The notes under the pieces are model-generated. The model saw only the letters and a program-made list of their open reading frames with translations, ran no database searches and was not told the DNA's origin. A stretch of 63,980 nucleotides of DNA, the filler included, from Octopus bimaculoides (lineage: Eukaryota): the NCBI RefSeq assembly GCF_001194135.2. It is 7 parts of 6 records of this genome, joined end to end, with 100 filler letters (N's around TTAATTAATTAA, not from the genome) between each part and the next. Parts side by side here need not be neighbours in the genome. Positions count along the whole stretch, not along the records: positions 45,500 to 54,287 come from NW_026437974.1; positions 54,388 to 60,629 come from NC_068982.1; positions 60,730 to 62,742 come from NW_026348439.1; positions 62,843 to 63,980 come from NW_026403836.1; 3 more parts are not named here. One strand, 5' to 3'. Shown in pieces: positions 51,634-63,439 of the stretch. Position numbers and translations under genes: made by a program. Numbering within the stretch: the stretch's first letter is position 1; each line of letters opens with the position of its first letter.

Positions 51634-52068
51634 CACAAAAATCATCATCTTCCTTTAACGTCCGATTTCCATGCTAGTATGGGTTGGACGATTTCATTGA
51701 GGATTGGTGAAACCAGATTGCTATACCGGGCTCCAATCTGATTTGGCAGAGTTTCTACAGCTAGATGCCCTTCCTAACGCCAACCACTCCGAGAGTGTAG
51801 TGGATGCTTTTACGTACCACCGGCACGAAGGCCAGTCAGGCGGTACTGGCAATGGCCACACTCAAAATGGTGTATTTTATGTGCCACCCGCACAAGAGCC
51901 AGTCCAGGGGCACTGGCAACGATCTCACTCAAAGGTCCTTACATATGCTGCGGGTACAAGTGCCAGAAAAGCGACACTGGGCACAGGTGCCATCACGATT
52001 TCGCTTTCGCTTGCCCCAATAAGTCTTCGCAAGCTGAGTTTCGTGTCCAATGAGGGAGACGATGTTGG
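51634..52068 (-). mobile_element. RTE-associated non-coding repeat (LINE 3'UTR/SINE-like)
   Basis: catcatc..tttaacgtcc..tttccatgct..gggttggacg and gatgcccttcctaacgccaacc blocks. The overlapping 428-aa ORF is gap-inflated. Confidence 0.5.
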
Positions 52069-53458
52069 NNNNNNNNNNNNNNNNNNNNNNNNNNNNNNNN
52101 NNNNNNNNNNNNNNNNNNNNNNNNNNNNNNNNNNNNNNNNNNNNNNNNNNNNNNNNNNNNNNNNNNNNNNNNNNNNNNNNNNNNNNNNNNNNNNNNNNNN
52201 NNNNNNNNNNNNNNNNNNNNNNNNNNNNNNNNNNNNNNNNNNNNNNNNNNNNNNNNNNNNNNNNNNNNNNNNNNNNNNNNNNNNNNNNNNNNNNNNNNNN
52301 NNNNNNNNNNNNNNNNNNNNNNNNNNNNNNNNNNNNNNNNNNNNNNNNNNNNNNNNNNNNNNNNNNNNNNNNNNNNNNNNNNNNNNNNNNNNNNNNNNNN
52401 NNNNNNNNNNNNNNNNNNNNNNNNNNNNNNNNNNNNNNNNNNNNNNNNNNNNNNNNNNNNNNNNNNNNNNNNNNNNNNNNNNNNNNNNNNNNNNNNNNNN
52501 NNNNNNNNNNNNNNNNNNNNNNNNNNNNNNNNNNNNNNNNNNNNNNNNNNNNNNNNNNNNNNNNNNNNNNNNNNNNNNNNNNNNNNNNNNNNNNNNNNNN
52601 NNNNNNNNNNNNNNNNNNNNNNNNNNNNNNNNNNNNNNNNNNNNNNNNNNNNNNNNNNNNNNNNNNNNNNNNNNNNNNNNNNNNNNNNNNNNNNNNNNNN
52701 NNNNNNNNNNNNNNNNNNNNNNNNNNNNNNNNNNNNNNNNNNNNNNNNNNNNNNNNNNNNNNNNNNNNNNNNNNNNNNNNNNNNNNNNNNNNNNNNNNNN
52801 NNNNNNNNNNNNNNNNNNNNNNNNNNNNNNNNNNNNNNNNNNNNNNNNNNNNNNNNNNNNNNNNNNNNNNNNNNNNNNNNNNNNNNNNNNNNNNNNNNNN
52901 NNNNNNNNNNNNNNNNNNNNNNNNNNNNNNNNNNNNNNNNNNNNNNNNNNNNNNNNNNNNNNNNNNNNNNNNNNNNCATGTAGTTGGTAAGTATGTATAT
53001 ATGTATGTATTGAATGAGCCTCTTTAAGTTTCCATTTACTGAATCAGCTCACAAGATATTAATCTTTATAATCTTAATCTGTGCCATTTGAAACGTATTC
53101 CTATAAATTTTCTTTAATATACCCATTTTCCTGAAAGTTATGAGGGAACAAATTGGAATCATGTGAATTTTCCGAAACTCCTTTCTCCAACCCCTTGGAA
53201 AGATTCATTGCAACAAATCCGTGTATCCTTTGAATCCAGAGCATTTAAGCGGGATTTCTTGAAAAGGTCTTTAAAATGTATCTATTTTTCTAGAAGTTAT
53301 GAGGCAACAAAGTCGGGAGGAGGGGTACATATCTGTAATTTTGCCACTTTCTCAACATTTCAGTGGTTGGAGTGTGTTTCAGAATATTTCTCGAACTAAA
53401 ACACACAACAAACTAACAGGGCAACGATGGAGATTGTAGGAGGGAGTTTTCACAGACA

Positions 53459-54262
53459 GAAATAGCAGCAATATCTCACAGAGATCATACACATCTCTCT
53501 TCCGTAGCTAGAAATAGCAGCCAAAGCTACCACAGATCATAGACATCTCCCTTCCGTAGCTAGAAATAGCAGCTAAAGCTACCATAGATCATAAACATCT
53601 CCCTTCTGTAGCTAGAAGTAGGAGCCAAAGCTACCACAAATCATAGACATCTCTCTGCCGTAGCTAGAAATAGCAGCCAAAGCTACCATAGATCATTGAC
53701 ATCTCCCTTCCGTAGCTAGAAATAGGAGCCAAAGCTACCATAGATCATAGACATCTCCCTTCCGTAGCTAGAAATAGCAGCCAAAGCTACCACAAATCAT
53801 AGACATCTCTCTGCCGTAGCTAGAAATAGCAGCCAAAGCTACCATAGATCATAGACATCTCCGTTCTGTAGCTAGAAGTAGGAGTCAAAGNNNNNNNNNN
53901 CAAATCATAGACATCTCTCTGCCGTAGCTAGAAATAGCAGCCAAAGCTACCATAGATCATAGACATCTCCGTTCTGTAGCTAGAAGTAGGAGTCAAAGCT
54001 ACCACAAATCATGGACATCTCCCTTCCGTAGCTAGAAATAGCAGCCAAAGTTACCATAGATCATTGACATCTCCCTTCCGTAGCTAGAAATACCAGCCAA
54101 AGCTACCACAGATCATGGACATCTCCCTTCCGTAGCTAGAAATAGCAGCCAAAGCTACCACAGATCATAGACATCACCCTTCCGTAGCTAGAAATAGCAG
54201 CCATATATCACACAGATCATAGACATCTCTCTTCCAAAGCTAGAAATAGCAGACAAATCTCG
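53459..54262. repeat. 52-bp minisatellite, about 15 units
   Basis: gtagctagaaatagcagccaaagctaccacagatcatagacatctcccttcc starts at 53504, 53556, 53608 and onward. Confidence 0.95.
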
Positions 54263-54387
54263 CACACATCAAATGTATTTCTCATCCNNNNNNNNNNNNN
54301 NNNNNNNNNNNNNNNNNNNNNNNNNNNNNNNTTAATTAATTAANNNNNNNNNNNNNNNNNNNNNNNNNNNNNNNNNNNNNNNNNNNN

Positions 54388-54668
54388 TAACACCTAAAGC
54401 TCCTCGAGTCTCCGGCAGGGGTTGGTGACGAACCCTGTTGTACTCTTTCATCACAACTTTCTATCACTCTTTCTTCCTGTTTCTGTTGTACCTGTATTTT
54501 CAAAGGGCCAGCCTTGTCACACTGTATCACACTGAATATCCCCGAGAACTACATTAAGGGTACACGTGTCTGTTGAGTGCTCAGCCATTTACACGTTAAT
54601 TTCACGTGCAGGCTGTTCCGTTGATCGGATCAACTGGAACCCTCGTTGTCGTAACCGACGGAGTGCCA
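54388..54668 (+). mobile_element. SINE family C (5' end lost in gap)
   Basis: Near-identical to the body and tail of the 26753 and 61117 copies. Confidence 0.85.
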
Positions 54669-54685
54669 CGATGTACGTACATGTA

Positions 54686-54719
<34 letters not shown>

Positions 54720-55013
54720 TTTGTGTCGATAGCCAATGGCAAAGAGAGATAATCCCCTATTGTTTACCTTTGTAGCGAGGCTTTTCTCCTTCGGCCAGCA
54801 GGTTTTGGAGTCTGACGATACGCCATAAAGCTAAACCCTTTATGGACGGGAAACCTAGGGTAATCCCATAAACCGGCCTTCTCCACTTTTAAGACACACA
54901 CACACACACACACNNNNNNNNNNNNNNNNNNNNNNNNNNNNNNNNNNNNNNNNNNNNNNNNNNNNNNNNNNNNNNNNNNNNNNNNNNNNNNNNNNNNNNN
55001 NNNNNNNNNNNNN

Positions 55014-57415
55014 ATGAATTCAAATGGATAGTTCTGAACCTCCTCTTCATTATTGCAGGACACCGAATCTGTGCTTAAGTACGTTTTAAGTACCTCTGGT
55101 ATAATATAAAAAACTTTTTCATTTATTGCAAGACAGTCAGAATTTTTAGGAGATAAAATCACTCCTTTTTCCATTTCTTCTGGCGTGCAGTTGTTGAAAG
55201 TTTCTGGAACAAGTGATGTTTGACAGCAGGAAGAAGTAGGTACGTCAACAGTATGTAGTGGAACATCTTGGAGAAGACTGTTTAGGGAACCATTGCCAAG
55301 TATCAGTAGCCACTTAGAAAATTCTTGTTCATTAACATCTGCCCTCATATTTCGAGTTACCCTAAGGTGATGAAAATGATGCCATAAATGTGATCGTTTA
55401 ATGCATGCATCAATGACAGCTTGCTGGAGGAGCTCGGGGAACAATTGGAAGAGTTTGTCTGAAATCGCCTCCAAGTAGAATTATTTTTCCCCCAAAGACT
55501 TCATCGTTTCCCATTATGTCTTTTAGGTACCTATGTATGGCATTTAAAGCATAACTGGGAATCATTGATGCTTCATCTACTATAAAAACTTGTATGCTTC
55601 TAAGTTCGATAGCGCGTTCTGAATATGGTGATACATTGCAAACACTATTTTCTGTAAGTGGCACTGGTAACTTAAACATGCTGTGAATAGTTTTGCCATT
55701 TGTCCATAATGTAGCAGCAATACCTGTCCATGTTGCCATGCTTACAGTAATCCTGTTAGTAGTAAGATGACGTTGTAACATATAGAAAAGATATATTTTT
55801 CTAGAACCACCGGGGGGCGTCTGGATAGAAACAATTTCCATTTTCTAGTTGGCTTCTATCGACTGCAGCAACAGCCTCCATGACAGTGTGTAGCACTTGA
55901 AGATGTTCGTGATTTAAAGTACTTATATTAGCAGGTTCAATGGGCACGTCATTATCCTGTGTAAGCGTTTGTCCAATGGGTTCTGGCAAACCAAATGTGC
56001 TGCAAGAAGTTCCATGTTCTCCGAATACACCACTCAATAAATGTAAAGCCAAATTTTCGGCAGTGGTTGCATCGTGCTCTGTAACTAAATGCTCAATCAT
56101 GTTTTCTTTGTAATATTCCATATTTGAAGGGCATTTTGAGGATGGTTAAATAAGCAAGTCATGGCAAACAAATTGAGTAACTGACGTGGCATTCTAAATG
56201 CTACTGCTTCTCTGAAAGTATTTATTAGTTCTTCGTCATCTTCCAATAATCTTTGTTTGATGCAAGCTTCTTTAAACGATGGTAAATTTCTCCTTCTACT
56301 GTCTTTAAGTCCTCATAGGAAGTGGCTCCAGGAACATGAAGTAACAACAGCTTCAAATGAAACTTTTCAACATCTCTTGGACTCACAGAGTACATTCTGC
56401 TGACAATACTGCATGCTCGTTGTCTGTGTGTCCAACACCGCAATTTCATTATTAACAGGGTTATTGTATCTCCTGGCATCTGGGGCTGATATAAAATGCA
56501 TAGTTACTTTCCTCGGATTAACATTTTCTTTGGTTGCTCTTTTTTCTTCTTCTTGTTCAACAGTGCGCATATTTAAATGTGCTGCAGTATATGGATTATT
56601 CAGCCTCACTGAAGAAATCTTTTCCATTACTGACTCCAAGCAATTGATATTTTCTGGCATTTCAGCTCTTGTTTGTAAGGCTTCTTTAGAATCAACAATA
56701 TAGAGTTGTGCATATTTTCTAGGTTCACTTTGTTTTCAGGATGTAAGTTGCTTGCATGATCATAGACTTGTCCTTGCAAGCGGAAACAGTATGGGCCACG
56801 ACTAGTGGGGTGATGTAACATTGGTTCCAAATGAGGTGAATGAATACATTGAATTATAGTTTCTGATGTTCTGTTTAAATTTCATTCCTTCAATGTCGGT
56901 ATTCCCCAAAACGTGTGTTAACTGGTCAGGATATTCTTGTAGATTCGGCAAGGAAACCTTACCATTATGGCAACAATTAAGTGCTTCCTGCGGAAATCTA
57001 CGTGCATGAAAGTGCGGGTGTACTACGTTCATCTCACCAATTGAGATATCTTGAAGGTAATTCTGCCTTTCATCTTCGTCTAAATGTTGCCTTCTTTGTT
57101 GAACTCTGTTTCTCATATTTTCTTAGTAAAACTCCTTTACTCTTGACTCATGTGTTCTCGATTCTATTGATCTCTATCTCTCTTATTCTGAAAATACACT
57201 TCTCTTTGGGCCTGGCTCATTTGTTTTATCCTTTGCTAATTTATTTCCCTCCTATCCAGTAGGATACGCTCCCTCTCCTCTTGACTTATTTCGTTTCTTC
57301 TGTGTCTCATCCTTGCATGATTTTTATTCCTTATTTCCTCCTACTGGTCCTCGCGCAATCGTTCTCTCACTCTACGCTGACGCTCACGTGCTGTGTCTCT
57401 CATGCGATTATCCAT
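55014..57415 (-). mobile_element. Helitron RepHel pseudogene with internal deletion of the Rep domain
   Basis: In order: R/E-rich N-terminus, CCHNGKVSLP, GPYCFRLQGQVY, YNNPVNNEIA, then directly SRMYSVSP...LLLHVPGATSYEDLKTV. Pif1 motifs follow (DAPGGS(R)K, TGIAATL, VDEASM, LGGDFRQTLP, VILSPKN). Many stops and frameshifts; ends at an N-gap. Confidence 0.9.
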
Positions 57416-57786
57416 ATTTTAAAACTTGCTACTAAATCAATAAATCTCCAAAATAATTCACAGTGTTTCAACTGAAAAACATATACGAATGTAATAGACA
57501 GTGTTTATTTCCACGACGCGACACTTATTATCGCAGACATGTTTTAACTTACCTAAACTACACACACACATACACAAATACATTCATATATGTGTATTTG
57601 TGTGTTTCCTTTAGTTTTTGTTTACTTACACATATCAACAAATGAACCAGAAATTCTCTTTCTCTCTTACTTCCTCTCTGTCCTCCTCTCTCTCGTTTTG
57701 CCACTTCTTTGAAGTAAGTGTGACACACATCAGGTACGTACAAAAACAAAATGTTTGAGTATTAATATTAATAACAACAACAAAAT

Positions 57787-57853
<67 letters not shown>

Positions 57854-57882
57854 AAATGAGCAAATAAATAAATAAAACTTAC

Positions 57883-58034
57883 CTTTAATGAATTGTGCAT
57901 GGAGCCAATTAGCTTCCCAAATTGATAAGAGAGACTTGGAACCAGTGGAATTTTGCTAATGACTACTCCGGAAAGAAATGTCTGAAGTATAACCATATGT
58001 CGCAAGTTTCTACTGTTAGCAATGTTGTTCGCAT
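57883..58034 (-). CDS. HYKK: Hydroxylysine kinase-like (APH family) exon
   Basis: tgttgtag| ...RHMVILQTFLSGVVISKIPLVPSLSYQFGKLIGSMHNSLK |gtaagt. Resembles recalled HYKK [38 protein letters not shown]. 152 nt, phase 1 to 0. Confidence 0.75.
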
Positions 58035-59931
58035 CTACAACATGAAATGAGCAATCAGTTGTAGTTGTAGTAAACATGTGCGAATAAGGACTAAATAGCT
58101 ACTACCTTGGTGTGAGAACAGTAGTAGTGGCGTTCCATTTCAGAAACATCTATATTTTGGAACCTAATTTAATTGTGAATGCAAGCGGAATAATTCGCAA
58201 CATAAGTCTAACGATTGAGACGGCGACGGCATCATTGCCTTCCGCCACCAACAACAATAACAACGGCAATAATGCCGAACCCCACCACCGCCACTACCAT
58301 CACCGCAGACATCAACCCTGGTACCTAAGCTGATGAAATACTGGAAGTGATACAGAGCCAACATTTACGAATGAAACAAAATTCACAAAACTCAATGATT
58401 TTAGTTAATAAAGATGAACTCATTAACCGAGGATGAACTCACACACTGGATATAGTAGTTGAGGCTCCTTAAAAGTGTCAGCACGGGAACAATCCCTATC
58501 TTAAAACTCTAAATATTAAGGCAGATATAATTTGAATAATCATTTTCAGGTCAGAAAATTTAATGGTGAAATATACAATCAGAAATGAATAGTATGATCT
58601 CCAAAACTGGCTGTGATTATTGTTTTTCAAGTACAATACTAGCTTCTGACGAATTCCCATTTCAATTCAAAGTCCTAAAAACTCTGAAGAGCACGGGTCA
58701 ACATTGCTGACATACTTCACAAGAAAGCGTGTTTCAATCTTCGACAAAAGATTAGCAGAACAAATAAAAACAGGTTAACAGTATTGGAAACATATACTTG
58801 AGCCGTTGTCGCAGTGATACGCACATGAGAGTTATGAGGTCCAAATGTAAACAATGAAAGCGAAGATGAAAAAAGGCTAATGGGCGTATATGCCATATTT
58901 CAGGAGGTTTTTCCCCTTCATCAGTACATATCTAACCCCTTAATCATCCACGAACACATTGTTTAAACAACCATTAAGTACAGCGATGTAACGTTATTGA
59001 ATGTACCGATTTTACATATCAAACGCATTCCTGGAAGCTGGTACGTAAATATTAATGATTTAATGGTGTACCTGTTAATGATTTACCTGTTAAACGCTTT
59101 GCAACAGGATTTTAAACTGGAAAACCACAGCAATGGACATTTTCGTACATGATTTACATGATGGTGCCACTATCTAAGTTGGTAAAGTAGAATTCAGGAA
59201 GTGCCGGGGGAAAGTAATGTGATAATGAAGCAAGTATGGTTGGTAAATACAATAGAATGTAGTAAGAAGTTCTAAAACTAAAGAAGCATACTTTTTATAT
59301 TCCAAATGAATAAACTTTTCCGATCATAAGGCAACCGTTCCTAGTAGTATCCTTGCCATTATGCTCAAACAGTTCCCTATAGAATTAGATTGTAACTTCA
59401 ATGTTTGTTTCTCTAAATAGAGGTCTGTTTCAGTCTTTGAAAACATATGGTAATGAGCCCTATTTCCAAGAAGAGCAATCTCTTCGATTTCGCCACAGAT
59501 GCCCTATTTCCATCAAATGTAATAAACGTAGTCATAAACATTCATACCGCCATCATCCCGTATCTATTCTTCTTTGATGACCACCAGTACGGTTTCCGTT
59601 GATCTACTAGTGATTGGTTCACCGACACGACTCACTAGTGCTCTTCAACTGAGTCTGATATGAGAACTTAAGTTGCCAATGCATGGGCTTTATCAGTGTC
59701 TCATTTCTCTAAGATCGGGAGTTTCTTATCAGATTACTTCAGTACATATTGTGTTGATCGCAATGTTCATCGGTGTTCATCGGTGATCGCAATGTTCATT
59801 CTATTACCAATGACAAGATTTGGACATGTCTCACACAATCTGTCTTCTGTACATCTATCACCGAAGTGTATACACAATAAATAAGAGAACAAAACTACAA
59901 TATTTGATTTAATAATTAGTCTGATAAATAC

Positions 59932-60039
59932 TTGTTGGTATTTCCTCCAGGGACATTAAGTTGCCATTCATGTTGGTTATTCGTTCTGGTGTTGGTACTC
60001 CGCTTTTGCGAATGTGGTCACTAAAAGAATATAAACCAT
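59932..60039 (-). CDS. HYKK: HYKK-like exon
   Basis: ttttgtattggcag| DGLYSFSDHIRKSGVPTPERITNMNGNLMSLEEIPT |gtattt. Resembles HYKK [24 protein letters not shown]. 108 nt, phase 1-1, compatible with both neighbours. Confidence 0.7.
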
Positions 60040-60729
60040 CTGCCAATACAAAAAAAAAAAAAAATACTATTTAGAATACAGAAACAAAAGTTTACCTTTC
60101 GTTTTGCTGTTCAGTCTGAACTTAGTAAACAGAACCCAAGCTTTCTTCATAGATAGAACGATACTTTCTCATATATTATCATCCACCATTATAATGTTGT
60201 TGATTTTTATGAAACGTAAGCTCTATTGATAATCATCGGAGAACATCTCTTCAATTTAGTCAATGTGTGTTCATAACACATACAATTCGTTGACGTAAGG
60301 GGCCGAAGTGTTTTGACTGTATTTGCACTTCTTCAGTCAAAGCTAACACGAATTATTGAATCTAAACAAGAGTACTGGTTCTTGTTAATAGAAAGCTCTA
60401 TATTGATTCAATGTAGATACCAATCAGGAAGTTGAACTTTGTGACATTTGAACCAAGAAGGTTCAGGATCAAGACTAAATAATGTAATGTACATTGTTTG
60501 ACGAACCACTTTCCTGTCAACAACATGCGAACCAAAGGAGTTTCTTTGTAGACATATCAGCTAAATCGCCTTTGAGTCACATACTGCTGTCTTAAATAAA
60601 TGTATTACATGATATAATTTAAGATATAGNNNNNNNNNNNNNNNNNNNNNNNNNNNNNNNNNNNNNNNNNNNNTTAATTAATTAANNNNNNNNNNNNNNN
60701 NNNNNNNNNNNNNNNNNNNNNNNNNNNNN

Positions 60730-60735
60730 TGTGTT

Positions 60736-60766
<31 letters not shown>

Positions 60767-60968
60767 TTGTGTGTGTGTTTGTCCCTCCGCCATCATTTAA
60801 CAGCCGATGTGGGTCTGTTTACGTAAACTAGCGGTTCGGCAAAAGAGACCGATAGAATAAGTACTAGGTTTAAAAAGAATAAGTCCTGGGGTCGATTTGT
60901 TCGACTAAAGGTGGTGCTCCACCATGGCCGCAGTCAAATACCTGAAACAAATAAACGAATACAAGAAT
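60730..60968 (+). mobile_element. SINE family A 3' half
   Basis: Body and tail start immediately after a scaffold-join gap. Confidence 0.75.
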
Positions 60969-60974
60969 ACTTAC

Positions 60975-61023
60975 CATTTGAAAGTTCAGGTGAGTCATAT
61001 TTACAGAACCAGTATGTGTTATA
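60975..61023 (-). CDS. HYKK: HYKK-like small exon
   Basis: ttgttttag| YNTYWFCKYDSPELSN |gtaagt. 49 nt, phase 0 to 1. PEL aligns to PDL of HYKK with near-equal spacing to the conserved Gly in the next exon. Confidence 0.55.
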
Positions 61024-61116
61024 CTAAAACAATGACTGGAAAGTTTGGTAAATTAAGAATATACCAGACTTTTCAATCTCTATCTTAATATGTATGTATG
61101 TATGTATGTATGTCGT

Positions 61117-61484
61117 GGAGGCGCAATGGCCCAGTGGTTAGGGCAGCGGATTCGCGGTCTTAGGATCGCGGTTTCGATTCCCAAACCGGGCGCTGTGAGT
61201 GTTTATTGAGCGAAAACACCTAAAGCTCCACGAGGTTCCGGCAGGGGATGGTGGCGAACCCTGCTGTACTCTTTCACCACAACTTTCTCTCACTCTTACT
61301 TCCTGTTTCTGTTGTGCCTGTAATTCAAAGGGTCACACTGTGTCACGCTGAATATCCCCGAGAATTACGTTAAGGGTATACGTGTCTGTGGAGTGCTCAG
61401 CCACTTGCACGTTAATTTCACGAGCAGGCTGTTCCGTTGATCGGATCAACTGGAACCCTCGTCGTCGTAAGCGACGGAGTGCCA
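61117..61484 (+). mobile_element. SINE family C, full length, in the HYKK-like intron
   Basis: tggcccagtgg / ggtttcgattcc boxes; flanked by (TATG)n on both sides. Confidence 0.85.
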
Positions 61485-62369
61485 ACATGTATGTATGTGT
61501 CTCTCCTATTCTTTAATTATTAAAAATCTTCTATTGAGGAGGGAGCCGGTTTCCAACAAAGATGCAAGGCTCCATCTTTGGGATGTAGTTAACACATTTG
61601 GAATTCGAGAAAAAATCTTGCATATTTTTACTGTTCCACTCACAGATTGCACTTGTAATATACGAATTAACCGATCGATTTCTCTTTCTGAAAATCCCAG
61701 TTTATCCAGATTCTCCTTTAGGCATTTACTAACAAGACCTATTGCTCCAATTATGTATGTATGTATGTATGTTCGCTTCCGTTTCTAATTATCTAAATTC
61801 TTCACCCGAGGAAGGAGCTGGTTTCTAACAAAGATAAAAAGCTCCATCGTTGGAATGTAGATTAAAATAAAACCCCCCAAAACATTAGTTTCAGTCATGA
61901 TCATGCTTGCTAAATTCCACATTGATATGAGATATATATATTTTAAAATCTGGTCTGGATAACGCTATGTTGGTAAGTAAAAGATGTTTCTCTTATATAT
62001 GTAATTGGACAGATTATCCAGTTACTGATTTAGGATGGAGGAGCCCGCATTAATGCAAATGAAAACATTCATAAAGAAATTATAAACAGTCCTCTACACC
62101 TGAACGTCCGACGACGACGGCACCAGGTCTCTAGGCCTTGCCTTGTCTAGGGCCTTCCTTTACGGATGATGTAAACATTTATATAGGATGTTTTTATATT
62201 TATTGACTACAAAAGGATGAAATGCACAGCCATATTTGAAAGGCAAAGTTGATTTCAGATCGCAGAAAGTCGGACGAATACTAAAAGACCGAAAGGCAAA
62301 CTAACGACTTGCTAATTCATCCATTTTTTAATATTTTTTTCAAGTGTGCTTGTATCTGTGCGTGCATAC

Positions 62370-62401
62370 GTACTGTGTGCTTATGTGTACATGCGTGCGA
62401 G

Positions 62402-62454
<53 letters not shown>

Positions 62455-62612
62455 GCATGCGAGTGTTGTAACGAATGAAAGAAGTGGTCATCAAAACTGG
62501 GGACAGTGTGTGAATAGTTTAATTCAGTTAGATTTAAGCATTGAAATGCTGCTGAAAACTTTCGGACAGCGCTCTGTTCGGTAAACCATTTTGGATCCCA
62601 GACATACAACAT
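62370..62612 (-). CDS. HYKK: HYKK-like N-terminal exon (3' boundary uncertain)
   Basis: PKWFTEQSAVRKFSAAF...TVPSFDDHFFH resembles HYKK PTFSEEQASALVESVF...PLPSYDDQNFH. A phase-0 donor TAC|GTATGC lies at 62370, beyond a (CA)n tract. Confidence 0.5.
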
Positions 62613-63025
62613 CAAAATTTTGACAAGATCTATATCAGTATATATATTCTTTAAATTGGTCAGCAAATCTCTTGCGTTGGTATGAAGCATGGAAACATAA
62701 TTAGCTCCACACTTATGCATATACAAAGTGTGTTCACCCGAANNNNNNNNNNNNNNNNNNNNNNNNNNNNNNNNNNNNNNNNNNNNTTAATTAATTAANN
62801 NNNNNNNNNNNNNNNNNNNNNNNNNNNNNNNNNNNNNNNNNNTCTAAAAGAAAAAAAATTACTATTTTATTTAAAATAAAATATTAAACTTTATCCTCTT
62901 AATCAAAAGGCAGGAGAACAGACAGAGAAACTATATTATTGTAGATGACGATCAGTTGCAATGGGAGGAGTTGAATCTCATAAGAAAGGAAAAACAATCA
63001 ACAACAAATGGGTTGTACCTTATAA

Positions 63026-63210
63026 CAGTGCTCCGCAACCCCATGCCACGGCATGCTGGTGTGCCACGAAACGATGCTAGGTGTACCGCAATGTTATCTG
63101 AATGTCATTTTTCCCCTACACTTTTTAGTAATACTTTTAGTTCAAGTGTGCCACGGAATTTTGAAAAGAATATAAATATACTACAAGTGAAAAAAGATTG
63201 CGGAGCACTG
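63026..63210. mobile_element. hAT (Charlie-like) MITE, 185 bp
   Basis: Perfect 13-bp TIRs cagtgctccgcaa/ttgcggagcactg and a perfect 8-bp TSD ccttataa (63018-63025, 63211-63218). Confidence 0.93.
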
Positions 63211-63338
63211 CCTTATAATGAAAATCTTCTAAGAGCATTCAAACGCCACTACAACGTTGAAATCGTTGCCTTAGTGAGGTCAATTAAATACGTCATCAAG
63301 AACACCCTTAAAAGAAAATGATGAAGCTGCTGTTCAAT

Positions 63339-63439
63339 GATAACGAAATTAGTCAATATCTAATGGACCAGCCGATAACGAAATTAGTCAACATCTAATG
63401 GACCAGCCGATAACGAAATTAGTCCATATCTAATTGGAC
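63339..63439 (+). repeat. 35-bp tandem triplication inside the Helitron remnant
   Basis: gataacgaaattagtcaatatctaatggaccagcc starts at 63339, 63374 and 63409. Confidence 0.9.

Noticed and set aside
51704-52990. 428-aa plus-strand ORF
   Set aside because: Mostly N-gap; the real part is a non-coding repeat.
53040-53400. Possible HYKK 3' exon (acceptor, VPLL, IHG)
   Set aside because: Stops occur in the relevant frames, spacing to HG is wrong, and there is no HGD-x-N motif.
60096-60300. Donor at 60096 and a LYVL...DD segment as another HYKK exon
   Set aside because: Four in-frame stops and a 56-nt intron; the 60975-61023 exon fits better.
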